A stretch of DNA of 64,000 nucleotides, taken from Prorocentrum cordatum. Its lineage: Eukaryota. Shown here one piece after another: positions 26,470 to 39,829 of the stretch. The DNA is taken from positions 1-64,000 of the forward strand of contig CAUYUJ010000220.1 of NCBI GenBank assembly GCA_963575745.1, written 5' to 3'. Under the pieces are notes generated by a model that was given only the letters and a program-made list of their open reading frames with translations, had not been told where the DNA came from and made no database searches. Position 1 is the stretch's first letter; each line of letters starts with the position of its first letter. Position numbers and translations under genes: made by a program.

Positions 26470-27058
26470 CCCGATCCTCGGCCACCTCGGCATTGGCACA
26501 AGCGGGCGCCGCGGCCGCCCGCGACGCGGCGGCGTCGCGCGCCGCCTTGGCGGCCACGAGGACCTCCACGGCGTCTCTCGCCGCCTGCCTGGCGCGGACC
26601 GACTCGGCGAACGCCGAATCGACAGCCGCCTGTAGCATCGCTGCGCCCCACCCCGACTCCCCAAGCATCGACGGCAGTCCGAAGGCATCGATGGCATCGG
26701 CCTGAGCTGCTGCGATACCGCCCGCGGGCCGCGCGGCCTCGGCGACATCGTGGGCGGCCTGGGTCGCCTCGCTGATGCTGGTATCGGCCTTGGCCGACGG
26801 CTCGGCGCTGGCCGATCCTGCCACAGGCCCGCTGGCGTCTTCGGGCGTTGGGTTACCCGAGGCCGCCTCGTCCTGCAGCGGCCGCTCGACGGCGGGCGCC
26901 TTCAACAAATGGGGCGGGGGCGGCCCTGGCGGCGGATGCGGGCCCCGCGGCGCGACCACCGCGGGAGGCGAAGCTGCTGACGCGCGGCGCGTCGGGGCCA
27001 CGACGACTGGAGCACGGCGAAGCGGAGCCCGCGCGACGCGCGGAGGCGGTCGCCACAT
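26470..27058 (-). CDS. Hypothetical Pro/Ala-rich ORF or exon nested in a gene B intron
   Basis: ATG at 27058 (MWRPPP...), helical segment AMLQAAVDSAFAESVRARQAARDAVEVLVAAK; end uncertain. Confidence 0.4.
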
Positions 27059-28004
27059 ATCGGCCGTGCCCCGCACGGGCGCTGCCGCAAACCCGAACCA
27101 AAAAACATGATACGTAGTGATCGGATGGGGGGGAGATGAGAAGAGCAGGATTGGCGCCACCGCACCGCATCTGACGCCTTACCATTTCCATACCTCCCAT
27201 GTGTCCCAGGGCTTCTGCCTACCCTTTATCCAACTTAAACGGGCCATCACAAACAATGCCTGAAACCGTGATCTGCATCCTGGGTGGGCCAGCTACCAGA
27301 CCTCGCGATAACTCAGACCAGGCAGACCCCTATAATACAATACACCTTACATGCCAAATACAATCAAGCGGCCCAGTCGCGGCGCCCAACACGCCCAACC
27401 AACTCAGAATGTGATGTGGCAAGCATCCAGAAGTAGCAAAGCGGATCTCGAAACGCGTGACATACCAAGCTGGCATTGCATCGCATAAACACATGCACCC
27501 GACCCGCCTGATGCACCCAACCCTCTCTTTTCCCTTTAAAAGAAATTGGCTAAGGGCTCAGTGCGCAGGGCTCGAGGTTCCGAGTTTCGAGCTGATGGCT
27601 TAAGGGCCCACCTCGGGGCTCAAGGCATGTTGATCTGGGTCGTGGGCACCAGGCTCAGGGCACATGGCATATCAATGAGAGCTTCGGGCTGAGGCCAAGG
27701 GCTATGGGCAGAGTGCAAGGAGGGGTGGTGTCTTCGGGCCGAGGGGTCCAAGTTGACGGATTGAAGCTCAAGGCAGAGGGCTGACGGCCTCGGGCCCATG
27801 CGCAGGGGCACCCGCTGCAAGCTTGAGGAAAGAAGCTGGGGGCTGAAGGCCATGGACTGGAGGCTTCGGGCTCGGTGCCGAGGGCGCAGGGCCTACGGCC
27901 AGGGGATCGGGGCGTTCTTATCCGCGGCCCACGGCTCCCAGAGAGAAGAGGAGGAGGGGGGCGAGGAGAGGGGAGAGCGAGAGAAGCGTTTTGAATCGGC
28001 CAGC

Positions 28005-28109
28005 CTGGAGAGGCACCTCGCCCGCGCCAGCGTTGGCCAAGTAGAGGCTCTCCTCGTCCGTGACGGGGAACATCTCCTGTAGCATGAGGCCGTGCGGCGA
28101 GAGCTTGAC
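28005..28109 (-). CDS. Gene B exon 2 (VKLSPHGLMLQEMF...GEVPLQ)
   Basis: Acceptor gaag|GTC, donor CAG|GC; 35 codons, phase 0. Confidence 0.55.
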
Positions 28110-29138
28110 CTTCGAAATCCAACTAGCCCTAAACCTGGACAAGGCACCCCGCGAGGCGCTGGAGCGGCCAAGATTGTCCAAGACGGCGCCGAGAAAGCCT
28201 CGAGGAATGCAAGATGGCCTCCCATATGGTTCAAGAGAGCGCAATATCGCTTAAGACGGCTATGCTCCAAGGTCCCCCAATACCCCATCCAAGATGCGTC
28301 CATGAGCCCTCGAAGGCCCCTGAGAATACACCCAATACACCAAAACCTTTCAACGAAGTGCAAAACATGGCTGGTTATGGCATCATCGCCACGGTCTTCT
28401 AACGACCATTTCACGCCTGACAATTGCCCCGAGCTGGCCCGAGAGCGCGGCGATATAAGGGGGCCACGTGAGCCCCAAGACGGCCTCAAGATAGCCCAAG
28501 AGCGCTCCAAGAGTCCCCGCCCACGAGCACCCCAGATTATGAAAATCCCCGAGGGGAGGGGGGAGGTACTTGAAGCCCCCCACATTCTCTGATAAAGCCA
28601 CCCCCATTTAAAACTGCCCCAAGAACGCCCACGGGCCCCCGAGAGCGCCAAACGAGGGCCCCAGGAGGCGCCCAGGCGGCCCCAACAGGCGCCAAAGACT
28701 TGAGGCTCCCAAGGGGCTCACCCACCCAAAGAAGCCGCAAGAGGAAGGCACTCCAGACGCTCGAGGGCGCCCCTGGACCCGCCTAGAGCCCCGGCCCCAG
28801 ACGCCCCCATAAGCCTACTCCACACAGCTTCCAAGATACACCCGAGATGACCCGACAGGCATTCAAGAGGCATGTGGACCCATTGCTTGCCCTTCTCATC
28901 CCCGTCCTGCTCCTCATTATCCTGCTTCTCATCCTCTTTCTCCGCATCCTTCTCCTCCGCGTCGCCCTTTTCATAAATGTCCCCCCCCCGCCCGCGTAAT
29001 CCATCCATCCAACCTCCTCCTTATCCTCCTCCATCCTTCGCACGGCTCGGATGCCCCCGCATTTGCCCCCGCACTCCCCTGATCACCCCCGCTCCCCTGG
29101 CCACCTCAACTCCTCCCGATGGCGGTGATACGCGAAGC

Positions 29139-32100
29139 GCCACGAATCTGAAACCACTTCGGCACGTCGACGCCGAAGTCCACGAGCTGGTCCTCGTCGT
29201 CGCCGCCGTCGAAATCAGGAATCCAAGAAATTCTGATGATGATCTTGCCGCCCACGAACAAAGAACGGTCCTGGGCACTCTGCGGCTTGAACAACTCCTT
29301 GCAAATCACAAACAATCTGTTGCGGGCTCGGCACAGCGCGAGGCCCTCCGCGCCGCAGAGGCACACGCCTGCCTCATAGCACTTGCTCGGGGAGTCGCTG
29401 GGCACGTTGTCGGGCGCCTCGATGCCAGGCAATACTCGGCATAAGTGATTCCACTGTGCGATGGCAGCCGCTCCGAAGGCAGAGGTCTTGCTGCCGCCAA
29501 GCTGCAGCGCCGAACAAGCCCGCGCTGCCAGCGCCGACGCGCCCCCAGCGTCGCGCTCCAGGATGCGGGCGCCGAGGGCGGGCGGTAGCGCGCGAAGCCA
29601 CGATGCGACGGCCTCAACTCTCGGCGCAACAGCGGTCAGCTCCGAGACGTACTCGGCCGTGTGCTCGGAGCTAAACTTCTCGACGGCGTCCCTGTCTGCG
29701 ATATCCTGGGACTTGTCCTGCTGCCGTAGGTGTTGCACCACTGACCTGGCATGGCGCATGGTGTCGTCGAGGCCCCTGCCAGCGGCCGCGGACTCATCCA
29801 ATACCCGATCGATGGCGTCGTGGCGGTCGGCCTGCCCGAACCGAACCAACGCGCATTCCATGACCCGCCGTTCCTGGAACTTCCTCAGCTCCCTTGCAGC
29901 GGGCCCGAACGCTGGCAGTCCTTCGCGCACCCTCTCCTTCGCCTGGTTGCCCTCATGCTCGAACACCTGCCGCTCCTCTGGAGTGAGTGCGCGGTAAGCG
30001 GCGCCCATCGCCCTGAGGTCGTTGTTCTTGGACATGTGCAGGAATGCCCTCCATGCGCCCCCGAACCCTCGATGGTTTCGCTGCTCGGGCGGCCCCGCGG
30101 CCACCTCGCCTGCAGAGGAAGCTGCGCCGCCACTCGCGCGGCTGAGGCCCTCCTTCAGCTGTCCGCTCAAATCGTCCGCGCTCAGATCCGTCATATTCAT
30201 TTTGTGCGTTTGAACTCTCCTGCTGATGACCCGCCGCAAGTACGCATTGTGGCACTCGTTCTGGACGATATTCGTTTGCAGTAAAAGCGCCATTGCAAGT
30301 AATTCCATTGTGTACTCAATACTGCCGACGCGGCACCGAGACCGCAGCTCCCGAGTCCACGGGTCAAGCGAGCATTCTGGATCGCCTGCCATGCTATCGG
30401 CGAGCTCGGGCTGCACTAACAACAAGAAATTCTTGGTGGGGTACCTCTCCGCGGGCTCGATGAGAAGCGACTGCACCGACGCCCCTGCTATCGACAACGA
30501 GATGAAGATCTGCGACCGAAGCGCATTTGTTAAATCATGAGGTGGAAGCAGGGCCCACATCACATGATTTTGCATCATGAAAACAAGCCGTCTCAGCGCC
30601 TCACTCTCGATCACCATACTGGCAACTACTGAGGCCCTAAACTCTCGATTGATGCCGCCAGGGTTTGACTGTGCCGCCCTGGCTGCCTTGGCCCGCTGCT
30701 CGCGCTCCCATCGGAGAGACGTGAGGTGAGTTTGCTTGTTGAGCATTGTTTGCAGAGCGTGCAGAACATTCCGAACTACCACAATGCCGCTGCGGGCGCT
30801 TGGGCCCTCCATGCCGAGAAACGACAGCGAGTTCGAGAGTGCCCTGGCCATTTTTTTGGCTCGCTCCCTCTCGCGGTCAACCTCGCCACGAGCGTCCGCG
30901 GAGTTGGGGTCGCATGGCTCCTCGGCAACGTCTGCAACGGGCCGCAGCACCTGCCAGTTGAACGCAGGGGCAGGGTCTAAGTCGAAAGGGCTCGTGGCTG
31001 GAGCCCGTTTCCGCGCCTGCAGCAGCAGCGTGAGGAGGCACATCGCAGGCTTCATAACTCCACAAACCATCACGGGCAATCCTATGTCGCAGATGGCGCC
31101 CTCGACTCGTGTCCAGCGAGCCCTGTTCAAGACGGAGAAGCATTTCGAACACAAGCCCTGCACGATGCCGTCGGCGAGCTCGTCCTTATATCGCTCAGGA
31201 TGCTGAACCGCCTGATCCAACCAGACGTCCATGCGCGACTCCTGGAGCCAGTCGCCGTTCGGGAGAAGCCGAAGCAGTACGCGGCGCCGAAGAGAGTGCT
31301 GATCACCAGGAATGAAAGCACGCAACACCATCATGTGGTAGAGCACCATCTCCCTCGTTGGTTTCCCAATTCGCAGGCGCAGCATCTTCCGCACAACTAT
31401 GTACAAGCAGTCGCGGAAGTCTACGAACATGCCCGCTGTGTTGAAGAACAAGCCAGTGTGCAACACCCCCCGCACGACCCACTCGAACGGCACGCAAGCC
31501 TCACCGTGAATCGTGAACGTCTTGTGGGCAACGCACTTCCACACCAAGATGCCCCACGCAGCTTGTTCGGCCCTGAGTCTAAGAATCTCCCGCTCCGCTG
31601 CGTCATTGCTGGGGTGGCGATCGGAGTCTGCTGCCCCTGTCCTGGCCTCGAAAAAATTGTCAGACATAGGAGTGGCATCGTTTTCCAACAAAGCTTGCGC
31701 AATACACTGGGCAGAATTCGCCCTGAGCGCTTGGTTCACGGTCGTAGACCCCCCAATCAGAATCGTAAAACGCTCGTCACCGCCTCTCCTGAACGACGCG
31801 ATGTACGCAAAGTGGCTCCGAATGTGGAACAGCTTCGTGACGTTCACCTGACTCTCGTACCCCAAGTGGCCCCTCAAAAACGGCAGGTATACTTGCAAGT
31901 TGCTCGTCGCAGGAACCATCGCATTCGATTGTTGCTGCGAAGGGTGGCGTTTGCGCCTGTCTGTTGTCTTCAAGAGCTGTGGTGTCTCGTCGTAGCTGTT
32001 GTGGTCGATAACTGCTCTAGCGCGAACTCCAGAGTCTGGCGTCCTGGCAAGCTGCACAACGGCTTCTGATAAAACTTGTCGAAAAACCCTGTCGGCGTTC

Positions 32101-32468
32101 CACTGCAAGCTGGCGAACTTATAGTTATTCCTGTCGAAGCCCTTCCTACTCACATCCAACGCTTCAGCTCTAGCATTTTTGCCCAAGTGGGGGGTCAGGT
32201 TGAGGAAAAACTCGCTGGCGTGGTCATCCACGTCGTGCTCGCCGACGCCAGCCGCCACAGCCAGCAAAGCACGGGTTGGTTGCGATAGGGGAGAGCTTGT
32301 GAACATCAGCCGCGGCAGCGTGATATCCTGCGAAACTTGTCTGCTGATCCTTCCAGCTTCGGCCGCCTGGGTGGGCAGCGCGAGCTGGGCGCCCTCATCG
32401 CGCCGACGTCGTTCGGCCCGAGCCTTCGCCCGAGCTACCTGCAACTCTTGAGGCGTTAAGCGGGGCAC
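29139..32468 (-). CDS. Gene B exon 1: DDE/CxxH transposase-like protein with an HMG-box-like segment
   Basis: 1120-codon ORF with ordered motifs SYDETP, DSDRHPSN, WKCVAH, RARWT and NECHNA, then GGAWRAFL...MGAAYRALTPEERQVF (HMG-like) and CYEAGVCLC. Start is GTG; start and donor positions are uncertain. Confidence 0.8.
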
Positions 32469-32515
32469 CGGCCGAAACTATTGCGATCGTTGCGAGACGA
32501 TCCAAAGCGAAAGAA

Positions 32516-32537
32516 TTTGAGCCAACATGGTTACGGA
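32516..32537 (-). other. Relic dinoflagellate spliced leader
   Basis: TCCGTAACCATGTTGGCTCAAA, 19/22 match to DCCGTAGCCATTTTGGCTCAAG, ~47 nt 5' of gene B. Confidence 0.85.
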
Positions 32538-33599
32538 ATCGTGCTTACGAAGGCGTGATAACCTAGGCTTTGTGATAGAAGTGGCCCTTCGCTGGCGTCG
32601 GGTCGCATTCGCCCCCCTTGCAATCCGACGGGGGGGAAAGGAGGAAGGGAACAGGGGAGAGCAGTAGTAAAGGGATAACAATATTTGACGACAGCGCCAT
32701 CTCTCGACGGCCACCCCTGGACCTGACGGCAAAGACCCCCGCCCCTGGCAGAAAACAACGGGCGCTTGCATGAATGGGCAAGGATAGCTGCATCATCGGA
32801 CGAGGACGCGACGCTGCAGCAAAAGATGTCTCCCCTGCGTTACTTCGCGCCACCCGAATGAATTGTCGACGCAACCGATCCTCATCGATCTCCGCATTAT
32901 TATCCTCCTCTGGGGAGTTTGTATCACTTCTCCATCTGCTCCTCCTGCTGCTGGCGGCCCTACTACTCATCATACTATTTCTCCTCCCTCTTGTCCCCCT
33001 ATACTCCTACTTCTCGGCATCCTCGTATTCCTCCTCCTCCTCGTCGACTTTGACCTCCCTCAACCTCGCCTTTATCATTATCCTTGTCCCCTTTCTCCTT
33101 CTCTACAAACGCTACAAAAGTCGAGGGAATCCAAGCCGCCAGGAAAGCAATCTTAAACAGCGCCGAAACACAAAAACCTAAACATTTGAAAAACATCTGT
33201 TAGGCATTCGTTACGTGTGAAGACACGCCAACGCTGCGGGGACATCTGGAGGACATTTGGGGTGGATATGCGCACCCCTCAATGTCTAGCCTGCTCGCCC
33301 CTTGCGGTGCAAGGGCCCTGGAAGGCCATGTCGACACACTTTGAACGGGGCGCGGCCAGTGGAAGCAGCCAAGATGGACCGAATGAGGCAAGGATGCAAG
33401 GGCAGCCTCGGAAGGTGCTCATCCTTGGGGCACACGCAATGACATACACATGGGAACCCTCGGGTCCGCGCGGGTTCCTCGGATCTGCGCTGGGCGCCGC
33501 TGTCAGCGTGGACCGCCGAGCGATTCTGCTTATGTCTTGCTTGCTCTTACTATGCGCATTGACTGTAACAGATCACTCTCTGCAGAGCGAGAAAAGCCG

Positions 33600-36500
33600 G
33601 CAGTAGGCGCAGGGCACGGGTGCGCTCCTGCTGCGACGGCCTCGTCGGCCAGCAGGTGGCCGGCGTGGTCGGCAAGCCGCGTCTCCAAGGGTTTAGGGAA
33701 GGCCAAACGCACCCCCAGGACAGCGCACCACCAGTGAGGTGTCGCAGCGACTACGGTTCCAGCCACGGTGGGCGCCAAAACGCAACAGTTTGGCGCCCCG
33801 AAGTGGGCCATGAACCCTCTCCATGATGCGTCTGCTCTGGGGTACGTTTGCGCTGCCCTGAGGGGTGGACCCTCCTGCTTGGGCACGTGGGTTTTCGTGG
33901 GCTTTGACTTTCCAGATGTTAAGCACCTGGGATCCAAGGCTGTCGAAGTCCTCCAAGAGTCCCTGGAAGATCCTAGAGGAGTGAGCCCAGGCCGACTTGC
34001 GGCGCCCCGTCCCCCCGCTGCAAGACCTTACAGACAACGGCGAAATCTGAACCCGTGGACACGCAAAAGAGCGGGAATGGGTTGCGCGGGGAATTGCGGG
34101 GGAGCGATCCGCGCGCGCTAATCGTGACAGCCATGATGACAGCGCAAACGATATCGGGCAATGGCTCGATGAGCAAACCAACGACGCTGGCGTTGACGCG
34201 GTCCTCTGGCGAGACTGGCGGAGCGGCAATTTAAGCGACGGCCCGCCCGGCAACGACTCGTCCGGGGTCTCGTCCTCGACATCCGCGCCGCCAACGTGCA
34301 CTGGGGGCCCTTCGACGACGCCAAGCCCTCAATGCTTCGCGATATGTTCCATGGCTGGCTGGGCAAAATCAGGAAGCGGCACGGGCCGCGCACGGCGCCC
34401 GACCAAAAGCTGGGCCTCGGAGATATCTCGTCGCCCCGCCAACGCGACTTCTCGGGCAAGGTCGGTCCGGGGCTCAGCGCGCCGCGCACGCGCGTGCACG
34501 AGCTCGCCGCGGACCTCGCACATCAGGCTGGCCGCGCCGGCAGTATGCCCGATCGCGCGCCTGCGAGCCACGCGCCGCTGCCCATCGAGAACGGGCGACC
34601 CCCGCCGGCGGCGTACAAACCAGTGCCGACCTTCCACGGCTTGGTCTACCAGCGTGCAAAAGGCGCGCGCACAGAGCTCAGCAGGATCCACTTGCGGGCC
34701 TGTCTAAGACCGTCAGACTGGAAACTGACGCAACGCTCGGCCCGCGCGCGCGCTGGGGTCACCGCCAAAGCGCCCCCTGGGCCCACCGCTAGGGACTACG
34801 ACCCAGGCCTGCGCCGAGTCTCCCGTGCTCGGCCGGCGGGGGGGCCCCGCGGGCGAGCGTCGGCGCCGCGGGGCCGAAACCGCGGATTCAGCAAGGGCCC
34901 CGGAGGTCGGGGGCGCGGGATAGATTTGGCCACGGCCCTGCAGCATGAGGGCCAGTGCGCGCGACTTCCCCGCCGCGAGGGACTGCCGCGCCATGGGGGC
35001 GATGACGCGGCCGACGGAAAGCCGCTGAGTAGTCGCGCCAGCGCGGACCACGTCGCGGGGTGCAAGCCCCCCTGAGCGATTCGCTGGGTCGCGCGGGCCT
35101 GCGCCCCGCTGCTACGAGAGGCGCAGATCTCGGAACGCTCGGGCCCCTCGCCCCCAGGGGCCGACCGCTCGCGTCGGCGGCCTGGGCCGCTGGCTGGCAG
35201 AAGATCGACGCAGAAATGCCCCGTCGGCGAGCTCGCCGCCACCCTCCCATGCGGCGCTCGGCGCCGGCGAATGCCCGCGCCCCGACGTCCGGGAGACCGG
35301 CTAGAAACGGCATCCCTCTGAATGGATCGGCGCTGCTCGCCCAGCGAATCGGGCAGGGCGCGCGACAACTGGGCGAGCTCGCTCGCGACGCGATTAATTC
35401 GGCCTTCCCTCTGGCGGGCAAGAATATCCATGGCCGCCGCAGCCAGGGGGCAAGGCCGCGGTCGCGGCGCGTCGTCCAGGGGTGGAAAGATGAGAGGGTG
35501 CGCGAGGATGGTGGCGTGGCCGTGCCCGGGGAGGGCAGCCAGGCGCGCGCTCGCAGGGCCGGGCGCTGCTTCGCGCGCGGCAAGGCGCCTCGAAGCCCTG
35601 CGCGGCTGGGCGCGCGATTCCAACTGCCAAGACGGAAACCGCGCGCGCCGCGGCATCTAGCATGCGCTCGCGCCGAATAATCTCCAATACATGGGAAGAT
35701 CCCAAGGGCATCGACGCTGAAATCGATGCTGCGAGAATCGTCTGGCGGAGCAACGAGGCGAGCGATTCGCTGCAGTCCGACTGCTGTCGCGCGGCGCGAT
35801 TGCGCGCCCTGCCCCTGCTGGCGCAGAAAGCACAACGTCTGGAGCGCCCCCCCTCCCTGGCGACGCGGGCCGATCGGCGCGGGCGAGCTTGGGGCCCGAG
35901 CGCCAGGGGCAATTGCAGCAATCGCCCCGAGTACGTCGCGGCGTTTGGAGGAAGGCAATATCAGGGCGGGCCGTCGGCCAGTCGGCGTGGGCATCGCGCG
36001 CGACAGCTGAATTAACGGACGCCCCGGCGCCTGGGCCATCGATTGCACGCAGCGGACGAGGCCTCGGGCTACTGGGTGAACAGCCAGCGCGAGCCTTCAT
36101 CATTGCGAAAACCCCCCGCGCGGCCCCGACGCTGGACCTGGCCCCCGCGTCACCTTGCCCGACAGCCCAGGCCCCCGACATCGCCCCTTCGCCAGGGCCG
36201 GCTATTCTTCCTGAGTCGCTTCTGGGCGGCCCCGAGGCCCGGCGACGGCTCCCGGAGGCCGAAAGTAGCGATGGACATCCGTCAAGTTGTTTCCCTGCCC
36301 AGGGCGGGGCCCAGTCGCGCGTTGCCGCGCGCCCTGCGGCCGGCAACTTCAGCGCGCCCGGGGCGCGGCGGAACCCGCGCGCGCATGCGACAGAAACGCC
36401 TGCAGCGCCCTGCTGTCAGACCTCAGGCAATCCGAGGACGCCATGTTCACAGCCCCGCGCGCTTCAATGTCGGCGCCGGCAGTGCCTTCGAAGTTCGCGC

Positions 36501-37100
36501 GATAGAGCATCCGACGAACAGAGCGCAAACAAGTGGCGTCAATGCGCGCAACTCGCGCATCTTCAACGACCTGACGCACGCATTGAATATCAACTTCGAC
36601 AGGATGAGGCTTCGACGCAGGGAGGAACGCAAGGACAGCTGCAAGCCGCTTTTGCCGAACACTTTCGTTGCTGCCATGGCGCTTGTACTCCGAAACGACG
36701 CGCGGGAACGCATTGCCCCCTGGCACGCGCGTGCCGCGCCCGGCTTCAGTTCGCGACCTCTCATGGAACTTCGTTGCGTGATTGCCGCGGAACTTGGCGA
36801 ATCCCCCCCCCCTCCTCCCCCTCCGCCTCGATCTCCTCTTCCCCCCCCCCCCGGCATCTTCGCGCCCCCCCCCCCCCCCCGCCCCCCCCGCTCAGGTCGG
36901 GCGAAAGGAGGGGGGGGATCTGCCGCTTCCAGCTGATCAAAAAGCCGATGGGCAACGACCGCAGCAATTGCCGTGGCGGCGCAGCCCGGGCCAGACGCGC
37001 GGGCCACGGGCCGCGCTCGGGCGCGCGCGCCTCGACGCGGCTCGGATGCCCTTCGAAGCCGCGAGGCGCATTGAAAGCCCACGGCGCGGGAGACAAATGG
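33600..37100 (+). pseudogene. Possible decayed coding region of unknown origin
   Basis: Microsatellite-poor stretch with protein-like fragments in shifting + frames (e.g. MLRDMFHGWLGKIRKR, RIFNDLTHALNINFDR); no recognisable family. Confidence 0.3.
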
Positions 37101-39829
37101 CAGATCGGGGATGGTCAGAACCCTCTTTAATAAGACACGGCTAAGTGAAAACGACCTCGGGCCTCCACCTGGCGGGCGCTAGCCGGGGGAATGACGGCCG
37201 CGGCGCCCTCTCGAGAGCCGAAAACGGACAGCTCACTTATCGGCGCGCCAGGGCGGGGGTTCTGCCCGCCCCCGAGCAGACTAGCGGCGCCGCGCAGCGG
37301 GCGGCGAAGCCCCGGGTGGAAAATGCGCCGAGGCTTGAGCAATCGGGGCCTTCGCAGCAATCGCGTCGCTGGCCTGCCGCGAGCGCGTCGCCGGGGGCGA
37401 TCTGAATTGCGCCGAGCAGTTGCGATCCAGACAGTGCGGCGAGAGGTCCCCAGGCATCGCCGATTACGATTCACCGCGTTGCTGCACCGACGACGCGCGG
37501 ATAGAAGCGGTCAGGCCGTTGGCGGATCGCCGATGCCAGACGCTCTCCGCGTCGCCTCGCAATCGCTGCGGCCGGGGCGTAAATGCGACCTCCGCGCGCC
37601 CCGCGGGGGCCCGAATGCAAGTGGCGTTCTCGGTATCTTTCGCAGAGTGAACGAGAGGCTTGGCTCGGCGATCGCCCGGGGAGAGCATGGCGGGCGGGCG
37701 AAGCCCGGCGGGCGTGCCGGGCAGAGCGCGCGCGAGTGTCCGCCGACGTGGGGCCCCCCAACGAATACATGAACAATCAAATTTTGCGACGGCGAAGCTG
37801 CGCTTGAGCTCGGGGAAACAGCGCGCCCCCCCTCGAGCGAGGGGCCCCGTGCTCTTCGAGCGCTTCGGGCTGGAGGTTTAAAGCCCGCTGGAGGATGAAG
37901 ACGCGCGCGGCTGCGGTTCGCAGGCGCTGCGCTGAGAGGCCGAGCGCGCCGCGCTGGTTGAACTCGTCGAGCCCGCCGCCCGCCTCGAGGTCGACGCCGG
38001 CTAGCGAAGCGACCGTCCAGCGCGCCCGGGCTCGAGCGGACCGCGGCGCGGACTGCGCTGGGCCACCGCGCGCCGCTTCGCGCGCGGCGAGCCCGCGACC
38101 TTCGAGCATCGCGTGGACGCGACCCCCCCCCAGCCCAAGCAGCCCGGCGCGGTATTCTAGCGGCGCTTCCAATGCGAAGCAGCCATGTCGAGGCGATTGG
38201 AACTCGGCCGCGACGCGCCGATCAGGTCGCGCAGTTCGCCGCGATGCCGGCCTACCTGCCCCCATTAGGCCCCGGTGGGCCTCCGCGGCAGTGGGCTGCT
38301 CCGACTGCGCGAACTCGCCTGGCGACGCGCCAATCACTGACGCCCTGTCCTTCTTGCTGCGCTGCAGCAAATCCACGGGCGCGCGGTGCAAGCGTAAACT
38401 TGAATTGCTCCATTGGGGGATCGGCCGGCGTGGCGTCGTTGAGCGCCGGCGATGACTGGCGCAACGTCGGCACCGCGCTGTCCGACAGATTCCGCCGGCT
38501 CCACGTTGTCATGCTTTTAGCGCCCTGCTGGCTGCGTTTCCGCAGCGCCATTGGCGCGCCGCGGCCGCGGGGGCGGCGCCCGCCGGCGGCCGGGCCGCCG
38601 CGGCGGGGGGCGGCGGCCATGGGGGCCGCGCTGGGGGGCGCGGCGGGCGGCGTCGCCTGTTGAGCCCGCGCTCAAGCGACGTCTCGGCCGCCCGCGTCGG
38701 CAGCCGCCGCGGCGGCGGTTCTGCGGCGAGGTCGTCCTGCGCCAGGGCACGAGCTAGACGATGTTTTTCGTTATCGCTTGGTCTTCGCATGCCTTCGCCC
38801 CATCTTCGCGCGGCCGTTGCTGCGAAGCGAAATCAAAGCGGCAGCGGTCCACGAAATTGCAAAACGCAGATTATCTCGAGCCCTGCCCCGCAGCCTTGCA
38901 GGCGGCCGCCAGGGCTCGCGGGGGGCTCCCTTGACGGGGGCAGCGGCCGCAGGCTTGGGCGGATCAGCGCCAGGTCTGTCGGCGCTCGTCGAAGTCGGCC
39001 CGGGCGGCCCTGGGGCCCTCGGCTAGCCGCGCGCAGCCAGGCGCGCGATAAAGAAACGTATGATTCAAAAAGCGTGGGGCCTGGGTCAGCGCCCCGCGAG
39101 CCTCTCAAAGCAAGCCTGGGCCAACTTCTGCTGTTGACGCTGAAAGGGCCAACGCGATGCAAAGAACTGGGTCAGCTTTCTGGAAGGTTGGTCAAGACAC
39201 CCTGTCCCAACCTTTCGCGACTTCGGGGCCGCGGCCTCCAGCGCGAGCTGCAGCGCGCCCTCCTTCGCGGCAGCGGCCTGCTCCGCCGCCGCCGCGGCCG
39301 AGCAGCCGCGGGGGGCGCGCGGGTACAGCGAGTTGCAGCATCGGCAACCACCAGAAGAGGTTACGACTAGACAAAGTGGAAGAAGAAGGGATGGGAGGGG
39401 GAACAGAGGAATGCACGCATCGCTGTGACTGCGCAAGTCATCTACAGCTGCCGTGTAAAATGGCGCACGGACGACGCCCGTTGCCGCCGGGGCCGGGCCC
39501 GCTGGCGGCGCGCAGACCTGCCCCTCGGAGACCCGCGCGCATAAGAAAGTAAACGCTTGAAAGTGAATCTGCACCGCGGCCAGCAATGCATTGTGCGCTT
39601 TCTTCCGGCTGGGAAGAAGCACCTGAAAATGCGGTATCGCCGAAACTTTCTGCAGCGCGCTCGCGTCGCTCACCCTAGATATACATGCCGAGGCATGCCT
39701 GAAATGCGCCCCAGAATCCCGCGGTGAAAAGCGCCCGAGGGGGGCGCGCTCAGCCTTGATCACCTGTGGGGAATACACAGAATACAAGAGCAAGCTCAAA
39801 CAACGCTGTCGTAATTATTGCCTCTCGTT

